Shown here one piece after another: positions 7,170 through 15,385 of a DNA stretch of 15,385 bases (position 1 is the first letter of the stretch; each line of letters opens with the position of its first letter). The notes under the pieces were generated by a model. That model had not been told where the DNA came from. It saw only the letters and a list, made by a program, of their open reading frames with translations, and ran no database searches. A program made the translations under genes and the position numbers. This DNA comes from a bacterium (GTDB lineage: Bacteria; Sysuimicrobiota; Sysuimicrobiia; Sysuimicrobiales; Humicultoraceae): assembly GCA_041497675.1 (NCBI GenBank), contig JBGQGY010000094.1, positions 1 to 15,385 on the forward strand, written 5' to 3'.

Positions 7170-8348
7170 ATGGAGAGGCTCATCTTGCGAGGTGCACACG
7201 TCTTCGACGGCACCGGGCGGGCGGCGCAGCCGGGTCTGGCCGTCGTCGTCGAACAGGATCGGATCGTGGATGTCGTCCCCGACGCGCAGGTCGCCGGCGC
7301 CGGATCCGCGCGTGTCATGGATCTCTCGGGCTGCACGCTGCTGCCGGGATTGATCGACCTCCACGTCCACCTCGGGTTTGGGGGGCGGACCTTTGCGAAC
7401 TCGGCCGCGGCGACGGCGCTGCGGGCGGCACGCAACGCGCGCGTCGCGCTGGCGGCGGGCATCACGACGCTGCGAGACGTCGGGACCGAGCACGGCGCCG
7501 CCATTGCGCTCCGCGACGCGGTGAGAGCGGGGGATGTCCCTGGGTCGCGGATCGTCCCGTGCGGGCGGATCATCTGCATGACCGGTGGGCACGGGTCCGA
7601 GCCGCCCGCGCCGCCCGGGTTTGCCCGGGAGGCGGATGGACCAGACGACTGCCGTCGCGCCGTCCGCGAAGAGATCAAGGCCGGCGCCGACTGCATCAAA
7701 GTGACGACGAATGGTCCGCTGAACGTCGTCGAGTTCACGCAAGACGAACTGAACGCGTTGGTGGATGAGGCCCACCGGTGCGAGCGGCGCCTCGCCTGCC
7801 ATGCGTCGATCATCGAATCGTCTCGCATGGCCGTCCGCGCGCGTGTCGACACGATGGAACACGGGTGCGACCTCGACGAGCCGCTGGTGCGCCAGATGGC
7901 CGACATGGGGATCATCCTGGTCCCCACGCTGCTGATCTTGAAGCTCATCATGGATCGTTGGAACGAGTGGAAGGCGGTCCCGATGATGCGATCGATCCCC
8001 GTCCGCGCGAAGCGGAACGTGGAGAGTTTTCAGCTGGCGCTGGCGGCAGGCGTCACGATGGCGGCGGGGACCGACATCTTCTTCGGGCTGGGCAGGTTCG
8101 ACTCACTCCCGGAAGAACTGGAGTATATGGCCGCCTGTGGCATGCCGCCGGCCGAGGTGCTGGTGGCCTGTACGCGCAACGGCGCCAGGGCGCTTGGGAT
8201 GGAAGACCGGTTGGGGACCGTTGAAAAGGGCAAGATCGCCGACCTGCTCGTGGTCGAAGGCAATCCTGTTGCGGATCTGAAGGCCCTGCGAAAGGTAGCA
8301 CTCGTGGTCCAGAACGGCAGCACAGTCGGAGGAGGCCGTCTCACGTGA
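7170..8348 (+). CDS. Metal-dependent amidohydrolase (prolidase/carboxypeptidase-like subgroup of the amidohydrolase superfamily, COG1228 type)
   Basis: Likely start is ATG 7170 after the RBS GGGGAG (392 aa). Motifs: PGLIDLHVH (HxH), GITTLRDVG, TGGHG, IKV (candidate carboxylated Lys), CHA, EHG, AGTD and GTVEKGKIADLLVV. Confidence 0.92.
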   Translation: MERLILRGAHVFDGTGRAAQPGLAVVVEQDRIVDVVPDAQVAGAGSARVMDLSGCTLLPGLIDLHVHLGFGGRTFANSAAATALRAARNARVALAAGITTLRDVGTEHGAAIALRDAVRAGDVPGSRIVPCGRIICMTGGHGSEPPAPPGFAREADGPDDCRRAVREEIKAGADCIKVTTNGPLNVVEFTQDELNALVDEAHRCERRLACHASIIESSRMAVRARVDTMEHGCDLDEPLVRQMADMGIILVPTLLILKLIMDRWNEWKAVPMMRSIPVRAKRNVESFQLALAAGVTMAAGTDIFFGLGRFDSLPEELEYMAACGMPPAEVLVACTRNGARALGMEDRLGTVEKGKIADLLVVEGNPVADLKALRKVALVVQNGSTVGGGRLT

Positions 8349-9952
8349 AGAAGAGCATCGTGATCGGACTGGCGCTGATCATCGCGCTGGCCCTGGCCGG
8401 CACGCCGGGTCAGGCTCAGCGAAGAAACCAGGTCGTGATCGCCATCTGGGGTCTGCCGACGCGTCTGGTGGGTTCCTCGGAAGCGGTCGCGGCGTACGTG
8501 CTCCTTCAGGTCCACGACGTGCTGGCGGAGACCGACAACGCCGGCCGGCCGGTCGCGCGCCTCGCGGAGAAGTGGGAGCGGTCCGCGGACGGCCGCACCT
8601 ACACGATCACGCTCCGTCAGGCGAAGTTCCATGACGGTACCCCGGTCACGGCCGACGATGTGAAGTTCAGTTTCGAGTTTTACCTGCACCCGCGCTATCC
8701 GATCGCGAGCCCGTCGATGTTGGAGATCGAGGGCGCTCAGGAATACCGTCAGGGTCGGGCGCCACAGGTCACCGGGATCGCCGTTGTCGACCCTCGGACG
8801 GTGCGGTTTACGCTGAAGGCACGCTACGCGTTCTTCTTCGACCAGATCCTCGGACGGCCGAACTACATCATGCCCAGGCACGCGTGGGAAGGCGTTGACG
8901 TCGCGCGCATGCTCGAGCACGCATACGCGCGCAAGCCGATCGGAGCCGGCCCGTTCCGGCTGACGGAGTGGCGCGAGCGCGAGAGTATGACGTTCCAGGC
9001 GTTTCCTGAATACTGGGGCGGACGGCCGACAGTCGAGCGCGTTATCATGCAGTTGATCCCCGAACCCGCAACCGTGATGGCCGAGGTGCGGGCCGGCAAT
9101 ATCGACGCCGGGCAGGTGCTCCCCGACGAGTTCGAGGGGTTTCAGCGCAACCAGCAGTTGCAGACGCTCAAGATGCCGGGTGACGTCAGTTTCTGGTTCT
9201 CGTTCAATCACCAGCACCCGTTCTTCTCGGACGTGCGGGTGCGGCGGGCCTTCTATCACGCCCTCGATCGCGAGTTGATGGTGCGGACGCTGCAGAAGGG
9301 GTTCGGGCGCATCGTCAACAGCCCGACCCATCCCGCCCTATGGCAACACAATTCGGGGATCAAGGGCTATCCGTACGATCCGGCGCGCGCCCGGCAGTTG
9401 CTGAGCGAGGCGGGGTTCACACCGGGTCCCGGCGGCATCCTGCAGCGGGACGGGCGTCCGTTCCGGGCACGGTACACGTTCCTCTCTGAGAAGCGCTACC
9501 TCGATCAGGGGCTGATGATCCAGCAGTTCATGCGGCAGGTCGGCGTTGACCTCGTCCTGGAACCGCTGGAGCGGGGCGATTTCTTTGGCCGGTTCTTCTC
9601 GCCCGCCAACTCGGCCAACATCGAAATCGCGGGTCTCGCGTGGTTCAATTTGCTGCTGCCGGTGCAGTTCGAATTCGAGTCGAACTTCAAGGGCACCGGG
9701 GCCTTCTCAGGCATCTTCCAGTACACCAATCCCGAGATCGATGGGCTGCTCAACCAGACGAGCACCGCCGTCGATCGCGGGACGCTGCGAACCCTCTACT
9801 ACCGGGTCCAGGAAGTCATCATCCAAGACGTGCCACGCGTGATGACGTTCCGGCCCGACGAACTGTGGGCCGTCCAGAAGCGCGTCAAGACGCCGGAGGT
9901 CAAGTCGCTGGCGGAGTTCTTCCGATCGATTGGTCGGTGGGAGGTGCGCTAG
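8345..9952 (+). CDS. ABC transporter substrate-binding protein, family 5 (DppA/OppA/NikA-like)
   Basis: 535 aa. GTG start overlaps the upstream TGA, with RBS GGAGGAGG. Signal peptide has no lipobox Cys. Motifs: LAEKWERSADGRTYTITLR, KFHDGTPVTADDVKFS, PIGAGPF, DVRVRRA and YDPARARQLLSEAG. Confidence 0.93.
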   Translation: MKKSIVIGLALIIALALAGTPGQAQRRNQVVIAIWGLPTRLVGSSEAVAAYVLLQVHDVLAETDNAGRPVARLAEKWERSADGRTYTITLRQAKFHDGTPVTADDVKFSFEFYLHPRYPIASPSMLEIEGAQEYRQGRAPQVTGIAVVDPRTVRFTLKARYAFFFDQILGRPNYIMPRHAWEGVDVARMLEHAYARKPIGAGPFRLTEWRERESMTFQAFPEYWGGRPTVERVIMQLIPEPATVMAEVRAGNIDAGQVLPDEFEGFQRNQQLQTLKMPGDVSFWFSFNHQHPFFSDVRVRRAFYHALDRELMVRTLQKGFGRIVNSPTHPALWQHNSGIKGYPYDPARARQLLSEAGFTPGPGGILQRDGRPFRARYTFLSEKRYLDQGLMIQQFMRQVGVDLVLEPLERGDFFGRFFSPANSANIEIAGLAWFNLLLPVQFEFESNFKGTGAFSGIFQYTNPEIDGLLNQTSTAVDRGTLRTLYYRVQEVIIQDVPRVMTFRPDELWAVQKRVKTPEVKSLAEFFRSIGRWEVR

Positions 9953-9963
9953 CCGCAGGGAGC

Positions 9964-10917
9964 ATGGGACGGTATCTGGCCCGCCGGCTCCTCCAGGCGG
10001 TTCCCGTCCTGTTGGGCGTCACCATTATCACATTTGGGATGATGGTCGCGGCGCCGGGCGATCCGATTCGTTTGCTCGTGTCACCCGAGCAGCTCGGGTA
10101 CGCGGACGTCAAAGTGTTACGCGCCGAGCTGGGGCTCGATCGTCCGTTACCGTTGCAGTTCGTGTCGATCATTGGCGACCTGGTTGGGGGCAAGTTGCGC
10201 TCGTTCCGCGAGCGGCGCCCGGTCACCGAGATGGTCGGCGAGGCGCTGGTGCCAACCATCATCTTGGCGACGCTGGCCATTGTGCTTGCGGTGGTGCTCT
10301 CGCTGCCGATCGCGCTCGCGTCGGCCCTGCGTCCGTACTCGGCCATGGATCACGGCGTGACCGTGTTCTCCCTGCTGGGTATTTCGGTGCCGGGGTTCTG
10401 GTTTGCCCTAGTGTTGATCTTTAGCCTCACGGATCGGCTCGGCTGGCTGCCCGCCAGCGGGATCCGCCCGGTGGGAACCCCGGGGTATCCGTTTGCCGAA
10501 ATCTGGCCGCACCTGATCATGCCGACCGCCGTGCTGTGTCTGTCGATCGTGCCGTTTCTGGTTCGGTACGCGCGGTCGTCGATGCTGGAGACGCTGACCC
10601 AGGAATTCGTGCTGGTGGCGCGCAGCAAAGGGTTGCGCGAGAGCCGCGTGATGCTACGGCACGTGCTGCGTAACTCGCTGATTCCGGTAGTGACGATCAT
10701 CGGCCTGCTGATCCCGTTTCTCCTGAGCGGATCGGTGATCGTTGAGACGATCTTCGCGATCCCGGGGGTCGGGCGGCTGGCCGTCCAGGGCGCGCTCAGC
10801 CGCGACTACCCGGTGGTGATGACGATGACCGTGTTGGCATCAGTGCTCGTCATCGTCAGCAACGTCCTGACCGACGCGTCGTACGCGCTGCTGGATCCGC
10901 GCATCCGGTACGATTAG
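9964..10917 (+). CDS. ABC transporter permease, DppB/OppB type
   Basis: Start ATG 9964 after the RBS AGGGAG (317 aa). Motifs: MGRYLARRLLQAVPVL, PGDP, LGLDRPL, SVPGFW, EAA loop ARSKGLRESRVMLRHVLRNS, ETIFAIPGVG, RDYPVV and LDPRIRY. Confidence 0.94.
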   Translation: MGRYLARRLLQAVPVLLGVTIITFGMMVAAPGDPIRLLVSPEQLGYADVKVLRAELGLDRPLPLQFVSIIGDLVGGKLRSFRERRPVTEMVGEALVPTIILATLAIVLAVVLSLPIALASALRPYSAMDHGVTVFSLLGISVPGFWFALVLIFSLTDRLGWLPASGIRPVGTPGYPFAEIWPHLIMPTAVLCLSIVPFLVRYARSSMLETLTQEFVLVARSKGLRESRVMLRHVLRNSLIPVVTIIGLLIPFLLSGSVIVETIFAIPGVGRLAVQGALSRDYPVVMTMTVLASVLVIVSNVLTDASYALLDPRIRYD

Positions 10918-10927
10918 ACGTGATCCC

Positions 10928-11818
10928 ATGAGCATTCGCAGCGAGACGACGGTCACCGGGGCGATCCAGATCGTGCCCCCGGCGCCACGGCAGGGCGCGT
11001 TCCAGCGCTTCCTGCGCAACCGGCGGGCGGCGGCGGGTGGTGTGATCCTCTGCCTGTTCGGGCTGATGGCGGTGCTGGCACCGAGCGTGGCCCCGCACCT
11101 CCCCGACGCGGCGAACTTCGAGCGCCGGCTGATCGCGCCGGGCGCCGGCCAATGGCTCGGCACCGATCATCTGGGCCGGGACGTGTTCAGCCGGGTCGTG
11201 TGGGCGTCGCGCACGTCGTTGAGTATTGGGCTGCTGTCGACCCTGATCGCGGTAGTCCTCGGCATCGTCATCGGGGCGCTGGCGGGGTTCTTTGGCAGGT
11301 TCGTCGACGTCGCCTTGATGCGTTTCACGGACATGATGCTGGCGTTCCCGCTGTTCTTCATTGCGGTGATGTTTCTGGCGGTCTTTGGACCCGGCGTGGG
11401 CGGGCTGATCTTCATCGTGGGTGTGACGTCGTGGCCGCCGACCGCGCGGCTGGTGCGGGCCGAGTTCCTGCGCATCAAACAACTGGAGTTCATCACGGCG
11501 GCCAGGGCGCTCGGGGGATCGAGCGTCCGTATCATGGTCCGCCACGTGCTGCCCAACGTCGTGGCGGTGATCGTCATCTCGGTGACGCTGCGGGTCGGGC
11601 TGAGCATCCTGGCGGAGGCGAGTCTCTCGTATCTGGGTCTCGGCGTGCAGCCACCCACGCCGTCGTGGGGCAACATCGTCGCCGACGGCCGCGAATATCT
11701 TCGGGCGGCCTGGTGGGTGTCGCTATTTCCCGGGGCGTTCGTCTTCCTCTCGGTGATGGCACTCAACCTGGTCGGCGATGGACTGCGCGACGCCTTCGAC
11801 CCGCGCATGAAGATCTAG
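10928..11818 (+). CDS. ABC transporter permease, DppC/OppC type
   Basis: 296 aa. Motifs: LGTDHLGRDVFSR, MRFTDMMLAFP, EAA loop EFITAARALGGS..IMVRHVLPN, EASLSYLGLG, PSWG and NLVGDGLRDAFDPR. Confidence 0.94.
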   Translation: MSIRSETTVTGAIQIVPPAPRQGAFQRFLRNRRAAAGGVILCLFGLMAVLAPSVAPHLPDAANFERRLIAPGAGQWLGTDHLGRDVFSRVVWASRTSLSIGLLSTLIAVVLGIVIGALAGFFGRFVDVALMRFTDMMLAFPLFFIAVMFLAVFGPGVGGLIFIVGVTSWPPTARLVRAEFLRIKQLEFITAARALGGSSVRIMVRHVLPNVVAVIVISVTLRVGLSILAEASLSYLGLGVQPPTPSWGNIVADGREYLRAAWWVSLFPGAFVFLSVMALNLVGDGLRDAFDPRMKI

Positions 11819-11831
11819 CCGGGAGGCAACG

Positions 11832-12257
11832 ATGGACCTTTTCCAGATGATGCGGACCCCGGCGTACCATCGCTGGCTGGGCGTCGAACTTGTCAGCGCC
11901 AGTGGGGGAGAGGTCGAAGTGCGCCTGCCGTATCGCGAGGAGTTTCTTGGGGACGAGGCCGGGACGAACATCCACGGCGGCATCATCGCATCGCTGGCGG
12001 ATATCGCCGGCTGTTTCGCCGTCATCAGCGCCGTCGGTCGCGACGTGCCGACGATCGATATCCGGCTCGACTATCTCCGCATGGCGCCGCCGGGCGAGGC
12101 GCTGATCGCCACGGCGCGGGCGGTGAAGACTGGGCGCACGATCGGTCTCGCCGATGTCGAGGTGCGTCTGGGCTCGGGCCGGTTGGTCGCGGTCGCCCGG
12201 GCCACGTTCATGACCAGCGCGCCCGGGCGCGAGGCGTTGACCGAGAGGAACACATGA
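11832..12257 (+). CDS. PaaI-family hotdog-fold thioesterase
   Basis: 141 aa, RBS GGGAGG. IHGGIIASLAD signature, TIDIRLDYLR, and KTGRT...LVAVARATF. Confidence 0.9.
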   Translation: MDLFQMMRTPAYHRWLGVELVSASGGEVEVRLPYREEFLGDEAGTNIHGGIIASLADIAGCFAVISAVGRDVPTIDIRLDYLRMAPPGEALIATARAVKTGRTIGLADVEVRLGSGRLVAVARATFMTSAPGREALTERNT

Positions 12258-13252
12258 TGCGCGCCGCGGTGATCCACGAGCACGGGGGGCTCGATGTCAT
12301 ACGCATCGAGGATGTCCCCGCGCCATCGCCCGGTCCGGGCGAGATCCTGGTGGCGGTCAAGGCGTGCGGGCTCAACTATTTGGACATCTTTGTCCGGCGG
12401 GGCATGCCCGGGCTCCCCGTGACGTTTCCCCGCATCACCGGCGGTGACATCGCCGGTGTGGTGGCAGAGGTGGGGGCGGGGGTGAAGAGCGTCGCGCTCG
12501 GGCAGCGCGTACTGCTCGATCCCGCGATCGAGCTACCCGACGGCCACGCCGGCGCGCTCGGAGAGCACACCAACGGCGGTCTCGCCGAACGCATCGTGGT
12601 GCCCGCCGAGAAGGCGATCCCGCTGCCCGGCGAGGTCTCGTTCGAGCAGGCCGCGGCGCTGCCCATCGCCTACGGCACGGCACATCGCATGATGGTTCAT
12701 CGCGGCAAGATCACCGCCGGCGAGCACGTGCTGATTCTCGGCGCGAGTGGGGGCGTGGGGACCGCGTGCGTACAGATTGCGAAGCTGTATGGGTGCACGG
12801 TCTACGCGGCGGCGAGCAGCGCGGAAAAACTCAGGCGTCTCAAGGATCTGGGCGCCGATGTCCTGTTGAACTACGCTGAAGATCCGGAGTTCCACCGGCA
12901 GGCCCGGCAGCTGACCGATGGACGCGGCGTTGATGTCATCGTGAACTACACGGGCGGCGACACGTGGGTGCGCAGCCTGAAGGCCCTGCGACACGGCGGG
13001 CGCCTGCTCACCTGCGGCGCCACGGCCGGGTACGATCCGCCGACGGACATCCGTTACATCTGGACCCGCGAGCTGATGATCATCGGCTCAGACGGCTGGC
13101 GGCGAGATGATCTGCTCTTCCTGGTCGAGGCGTTGCGTACGAAACAGATGGTGGCGGTCATCGATCGCGTATTGCCGCTCGACCAGGTGGCGGAAGGTCA
13201 ACGCCTGCTGGAGGATCGCGAGGTCTTCGGCAAGGTGATCATCGCCCCATGA
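12254..13252 (+). CDS. Medium-chain dehydrogenase/reductase (quinone oxidoreductase/enoyl reductase-like, apparently zinc-free)
   Basis: 332 aa, ATGA overlap with the thioesterase. Motifs: GLNYLDIFVRRGMPG, PRITGGDIAG, AAALPIAYGTA, LILGASGGVG, GGRLLTCGATAG and FGKVII. Confidence 0.9.
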   Translation: MMRAAVIHEHGGLDVIRIEDVPAPSPGPGEILVAVKACGLNYLDIFVRRGMPGLPVTFPRITGGDIAGVVAEVGAGVKSVALGQRVLLDPAIELPDGHAGALGEHTNGGLAERIVVPAEKAIPLPGEVSFEQAAALPIAYGTAHRMMVHRGKITAGEHVLILGASGGVGTACVQIAKLYGCTVYAAASSAEKLRRLKDLGADVLLNYAEDPEFHRQARQLTDGRGVDVIVNYTGGDTWVRSLKALRHGGRLLTCGATAGYDPPTDIRYIWTRELMIIGSDGWRRDDLLFLVEALRTKQMVAVIDRVLPLDQVAEGQRLLEDREVFGKVIIAP

Positions 13253-14811
13253 CGCACGATAACTTCGGCGACCTGTTTTGGAAGGCCGCGGCGCTCTCCC
13301 CCGACAAGATCGCGATCGAGCAGGGCGACCTGACGCTTACGTACGGCGCGCTCGAAGACCGGACCCAACGCGCGGCCGGTCTCTTGCGACGCCTGGGTGT
13401 CGGTGCCGGCGACAAGGTTTTTCTCATGTTGCCAAACGACTACCGGCTCCCCGAGTGTTTTTTTGGCGCGCTGCGGACCGGGGCGACCGTGGTGCCCGCC
13501 AACATCAGGCTCGGGGCCGAGGCGCTGGCGTATGTGGCCGCGCACAGCGAGGCCGGCGTGATGATCGCGCACGGTGAGGTGCGGGAGAAGGCCGAGCAGG
13601 TGCGGGCGGACGTCGCGACGATCCGCCACACGCTGATGATGGACGGTCGCCTGCCGGGCGCGGCGTCCTATGACGATCGGCTGGCGGAGTCGCCGGCCGG
13701 GTTCGCCACGGCCGCGGCGGATCCCAACGAACCCGCGCTGCTCATGTATACGTCCGGGTCGACCGGGCGGCCCAAGGGATGCCTGCTGAGCCACGCCAGC
13801 CAGTGGTGGCAGGCGCGGTCGGCGGCGCGCACAATGATGCTCGAGGAGTGGGACAAAGCCCTCGTGATGGGCCCGCTGTATCATGCGAACGCACTGTGGA
13901 TGTGTCTGCTGCCGATGTTCTACCTCGGCGGCAGCCTGACAATCCTTTCAGGATTCGACCCGCCGGCCGTGCTGGCGGCGATCGATCGATACCGGCCGAC
14001 GTACACGTCGGGCACGCCGTCGATGTTCAGCCTGCTGCTGGCGCAGCGCGAGGCGCTCGCGCGATACGACGTGTCTTCGATCCGCCTGATGCTCTGCGGG
14101 TCGGCGCCGGTGCCCGAGGAGTTGATGGCCGCGCTGCACGAGCGGTTCAAGTGTGACGTGGTCGAAGGGTATGGCTTGACTGAGGGTGGCGCGAACATCG
14201 AGTCTCCTCGGTGGGGCGTCAGAAAGCTGGGCAGCGCCGGGCTGCCGGTCCCGGACGTCGAAGTTCGCGTCGTCGACCTCGACGATGCCGCGCGTGACTG
14301 TGCGCCCGATGAAGTCGGCGAGCTGTGGACGAGGTCTCCGGCCAACGCGCTCGGCTATTTCAAGCAACCCGAGGTGACGGCCGAGCGGTTCACGGCGGAC
14401 GGCTGGCTGCGGACTGGCGATCTGGTCCGCCGCGACGAGCAGGGGTATCTGTACATCTGCGGGCGCAAGGACGACATGATGAACTGCGGTGGGGAGAACA
14501 TCTACCCGAAAGAGGTGGAGAGCATTCTCTTGCGCCACCCAGCGATCGATGACGTCTGTGTGGTGTCCGTGCCACACAAGGTCAAGGGCGAGGCTCCGGT
14601 CGCTTGGGTCGTCTTACGCGCGCCGGGGGCCGCGACCGAGCAGGAGATCAGACAGTTCTTCCTCCAGCGCGGTCCGGCGTATGCCCATCCCCGCCGAGTC
14701 TTCTTTATCGAGCATCTGCCGGTGTCGGGTACCAACAAGGTCGACCGCATGAGCCTCACGCGAGAGGCGCGCCGGCGGCTCCCCGACGGCCTGGACGCGG
14801 GCGCCCCATGA
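13249..14811 (+). CDS. Acyl-CoA synthetase / class I adenylate-forming enzyme (fatty or aryl acid-CoA ligase-like)
   Basis: 520 aa, ATGA overlap. P-loop YTSGSTGRPKG, PLYH, EGYGLTE, GWLRTGD, GRKDD, GGENIYPKEVE, and the catalytic Lys in PVSGTNKVDR. Confidence 0.94.
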   Translation: MTHDNFGDLFWKAAALSPDKIAIEQGDLTLTYGALEDRTQRAAGLLRRLGVGAGDKVFLMLPNDYRLPECFFGALRTGATVVPANIRLGAEALAYVAAHSEAGVMIAHGEVREKAEQVRADVATIRHTLMMDGRLPGAASYDDRLAESPAGFATAAADPNEPALLMYTSGSTGRPKGCLLSHASQWWQARSAARTMMLEEWDKALVMGPLYHANALWMCLLPMFYLGGSLTILSGFDPPAVLAAIDRYRPTYTSGTPSMFSLLLAQREALARYDVSSIRLMLCGSAPVPEELMAALHERFKCDVVEGYGLTEGGANIESPRWGVRKLGSAGLPVPDVEVRVVDLDDAARDCAPDEVGELWTRSPANALGYFKQPEVTAERFTADGWLRTGDLVRRDEQGYLYICGRKDDMMNCGGENIYPKEVESILLRHPAIDDVCVVSVPHKVKGEAPVAWVVLRAPGAATEQEIRQFFLQRGPAYAHPRRVFFIEHLPVSGTNKVDRMSLTREARRRLPDGLDAGAP

Positions 14812-15385
14812 CGGCCGCGTGCCGACTCGCGGCTGCCGCGCTGCTGGTGGCGGTGCTCATCCTTGGCTGCACGGGCGCACTGCGTGCACAGGGCGCAGAC
14901 GCGGGGATCGCGATCAAAACCTCGCGTGCCGTCATCCGCCAGGGAGAGACCTTCAAGTTGACGCTGCAGGCCTCGGGAGAACTCAAGGGCATCACGGTAC
15001 GCTTCGCCGGCCGGTCGTGGCCGTTGTATCTCACCGGGCAGAGAACGTGGCTGACGATTCTCGGGACCGACCCGACGATGCCGGTTGGAAAACAGGTCGT
15101 GGCCGTCGAGGGGCTCGCGGCCTCAGGGCTGGCCGTGCGCGCGCGCAGGGACGTCACGGTGACCAGGGTCTCGTTTCCCACGCGTCGCATCACGTTCGAT
15201 CCCGAAGTGCAGAAGATTGTGACCCCCGAAGCCGTCGCACGTGAGCGGCGCGCCGTGCAGGAGGCGTTGCGGGTCCTGCATCCTGAGGGGCTGTGGGAAG
15301 ACCCCATGGTGCTGCCCGTCGAGGGGAGGATCTCGTCTCCGTATGGAGTGCTGAGCATCTATCAGGGCCGGGTCTCGGGGTTCCA
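14808..15385 (+). CDS. Exported M23-family metallopeptidase-like protein (5' part; runs off the right edge)
   Basis: Not in the ORF track because there is no stop in the window. ATG 14808 overlaps the ligase TGA. My translation: MTAACRLAAAALLVAVLILGCTGALRAQG...RQGETF...LGTDP...LWEDPMVLPVEGRISSPYGVLSIYQGRVSGF, then CA (His or Gln). The W..P..PV.G.ISS.YG pattern normally precedes the M23 HxxxD motif, which lies beyond the window. Confidence 0.75.
   Translation, partial: MTAACRLAAAALLVAVLILGCTGALRAQGADAGIAIKTSRAVIRQGETFKLTLQASGELKGITVRFAGRSWPLYLTGQRTWLTILGTDPTMPVGKQVVAVEGLAASGLAVRARRDVTVTRVSFPTRRITFDPEVQKIVTPEAVARERRAVQEALRVLHPEGLWEDPMVLPVEGRISSPYGVLSIYQGRVSGF

Noticed and set aside
2494..9331. 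Long antisense or alternate-frame ORFs (e.g. 3568-5160 +, 2705-3613 +, 6184-7146 +, 8030-9331 -)
   Set aside because: These are shadow ORFs expected from high-GC codon bias. They overlap well-supported genes and show no recognisable motifs.
9640..9963. N-terminal extension of the DppB-type permease ORF
   Set aside because: It overlaps the binding protein gene. ATG 9964 has an RBS and the canonical DppB N-terminus.
14756..15358. ORF-track calls 14756-15358 (-) and 14819-15244 (+)
   Set aside because: They are superseded by the open frame from ATG 14808, which has a signal peptide, translational coupling and M23-like motifs.
1..15385. CRISPR array, tRNA/rRNA, IS element or complete integron
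   Set aside because: No regularly spaced direct repeats, RNA gene signatures, transposase or integrase were seen by eye. The inverted repeats at 73-92 and 399-452 do not fit canonical attC architecture.

Overview
GC-rich bacterial window with three blocks. (1) 1-2022 (+): a lower-GC accessory-looking stretch. It holds the end of a hydrophobic ORF, a small membrane/zinc-ribbon protein, an unknown exported membrane protein and a twin-arginine YkuE/YaeI-type metallophosphoesterase, with inverted repeats at two gene boundaries. (2) 2032-7077 (-): proC followed by a full-length Lhr helicase; both appear to have -10 boxes placed for leaderless transcription. (3) 7170 to window end (+): a tightly coupled operon. 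It encodes a metal-dependent amidohydrolase, a Dpp/Opp-type binding protein, two permeases (no ATPase gene), a PaaI-type thioesterase, an MDR oxidoreductase lacking its zinc ligands, an acyl-CoA ligase and a truncated M23-like peptidase that the ORF track missed. The best candidate for an undescribed system is block 3, inferred to be an uptake and catabolism pathway for an N-acyl/amide conjugate. No rRNA, tRNA, CRISPR array, transposase or integrase was seen. All family calls come from recognising motifs by eye, not from database searches.
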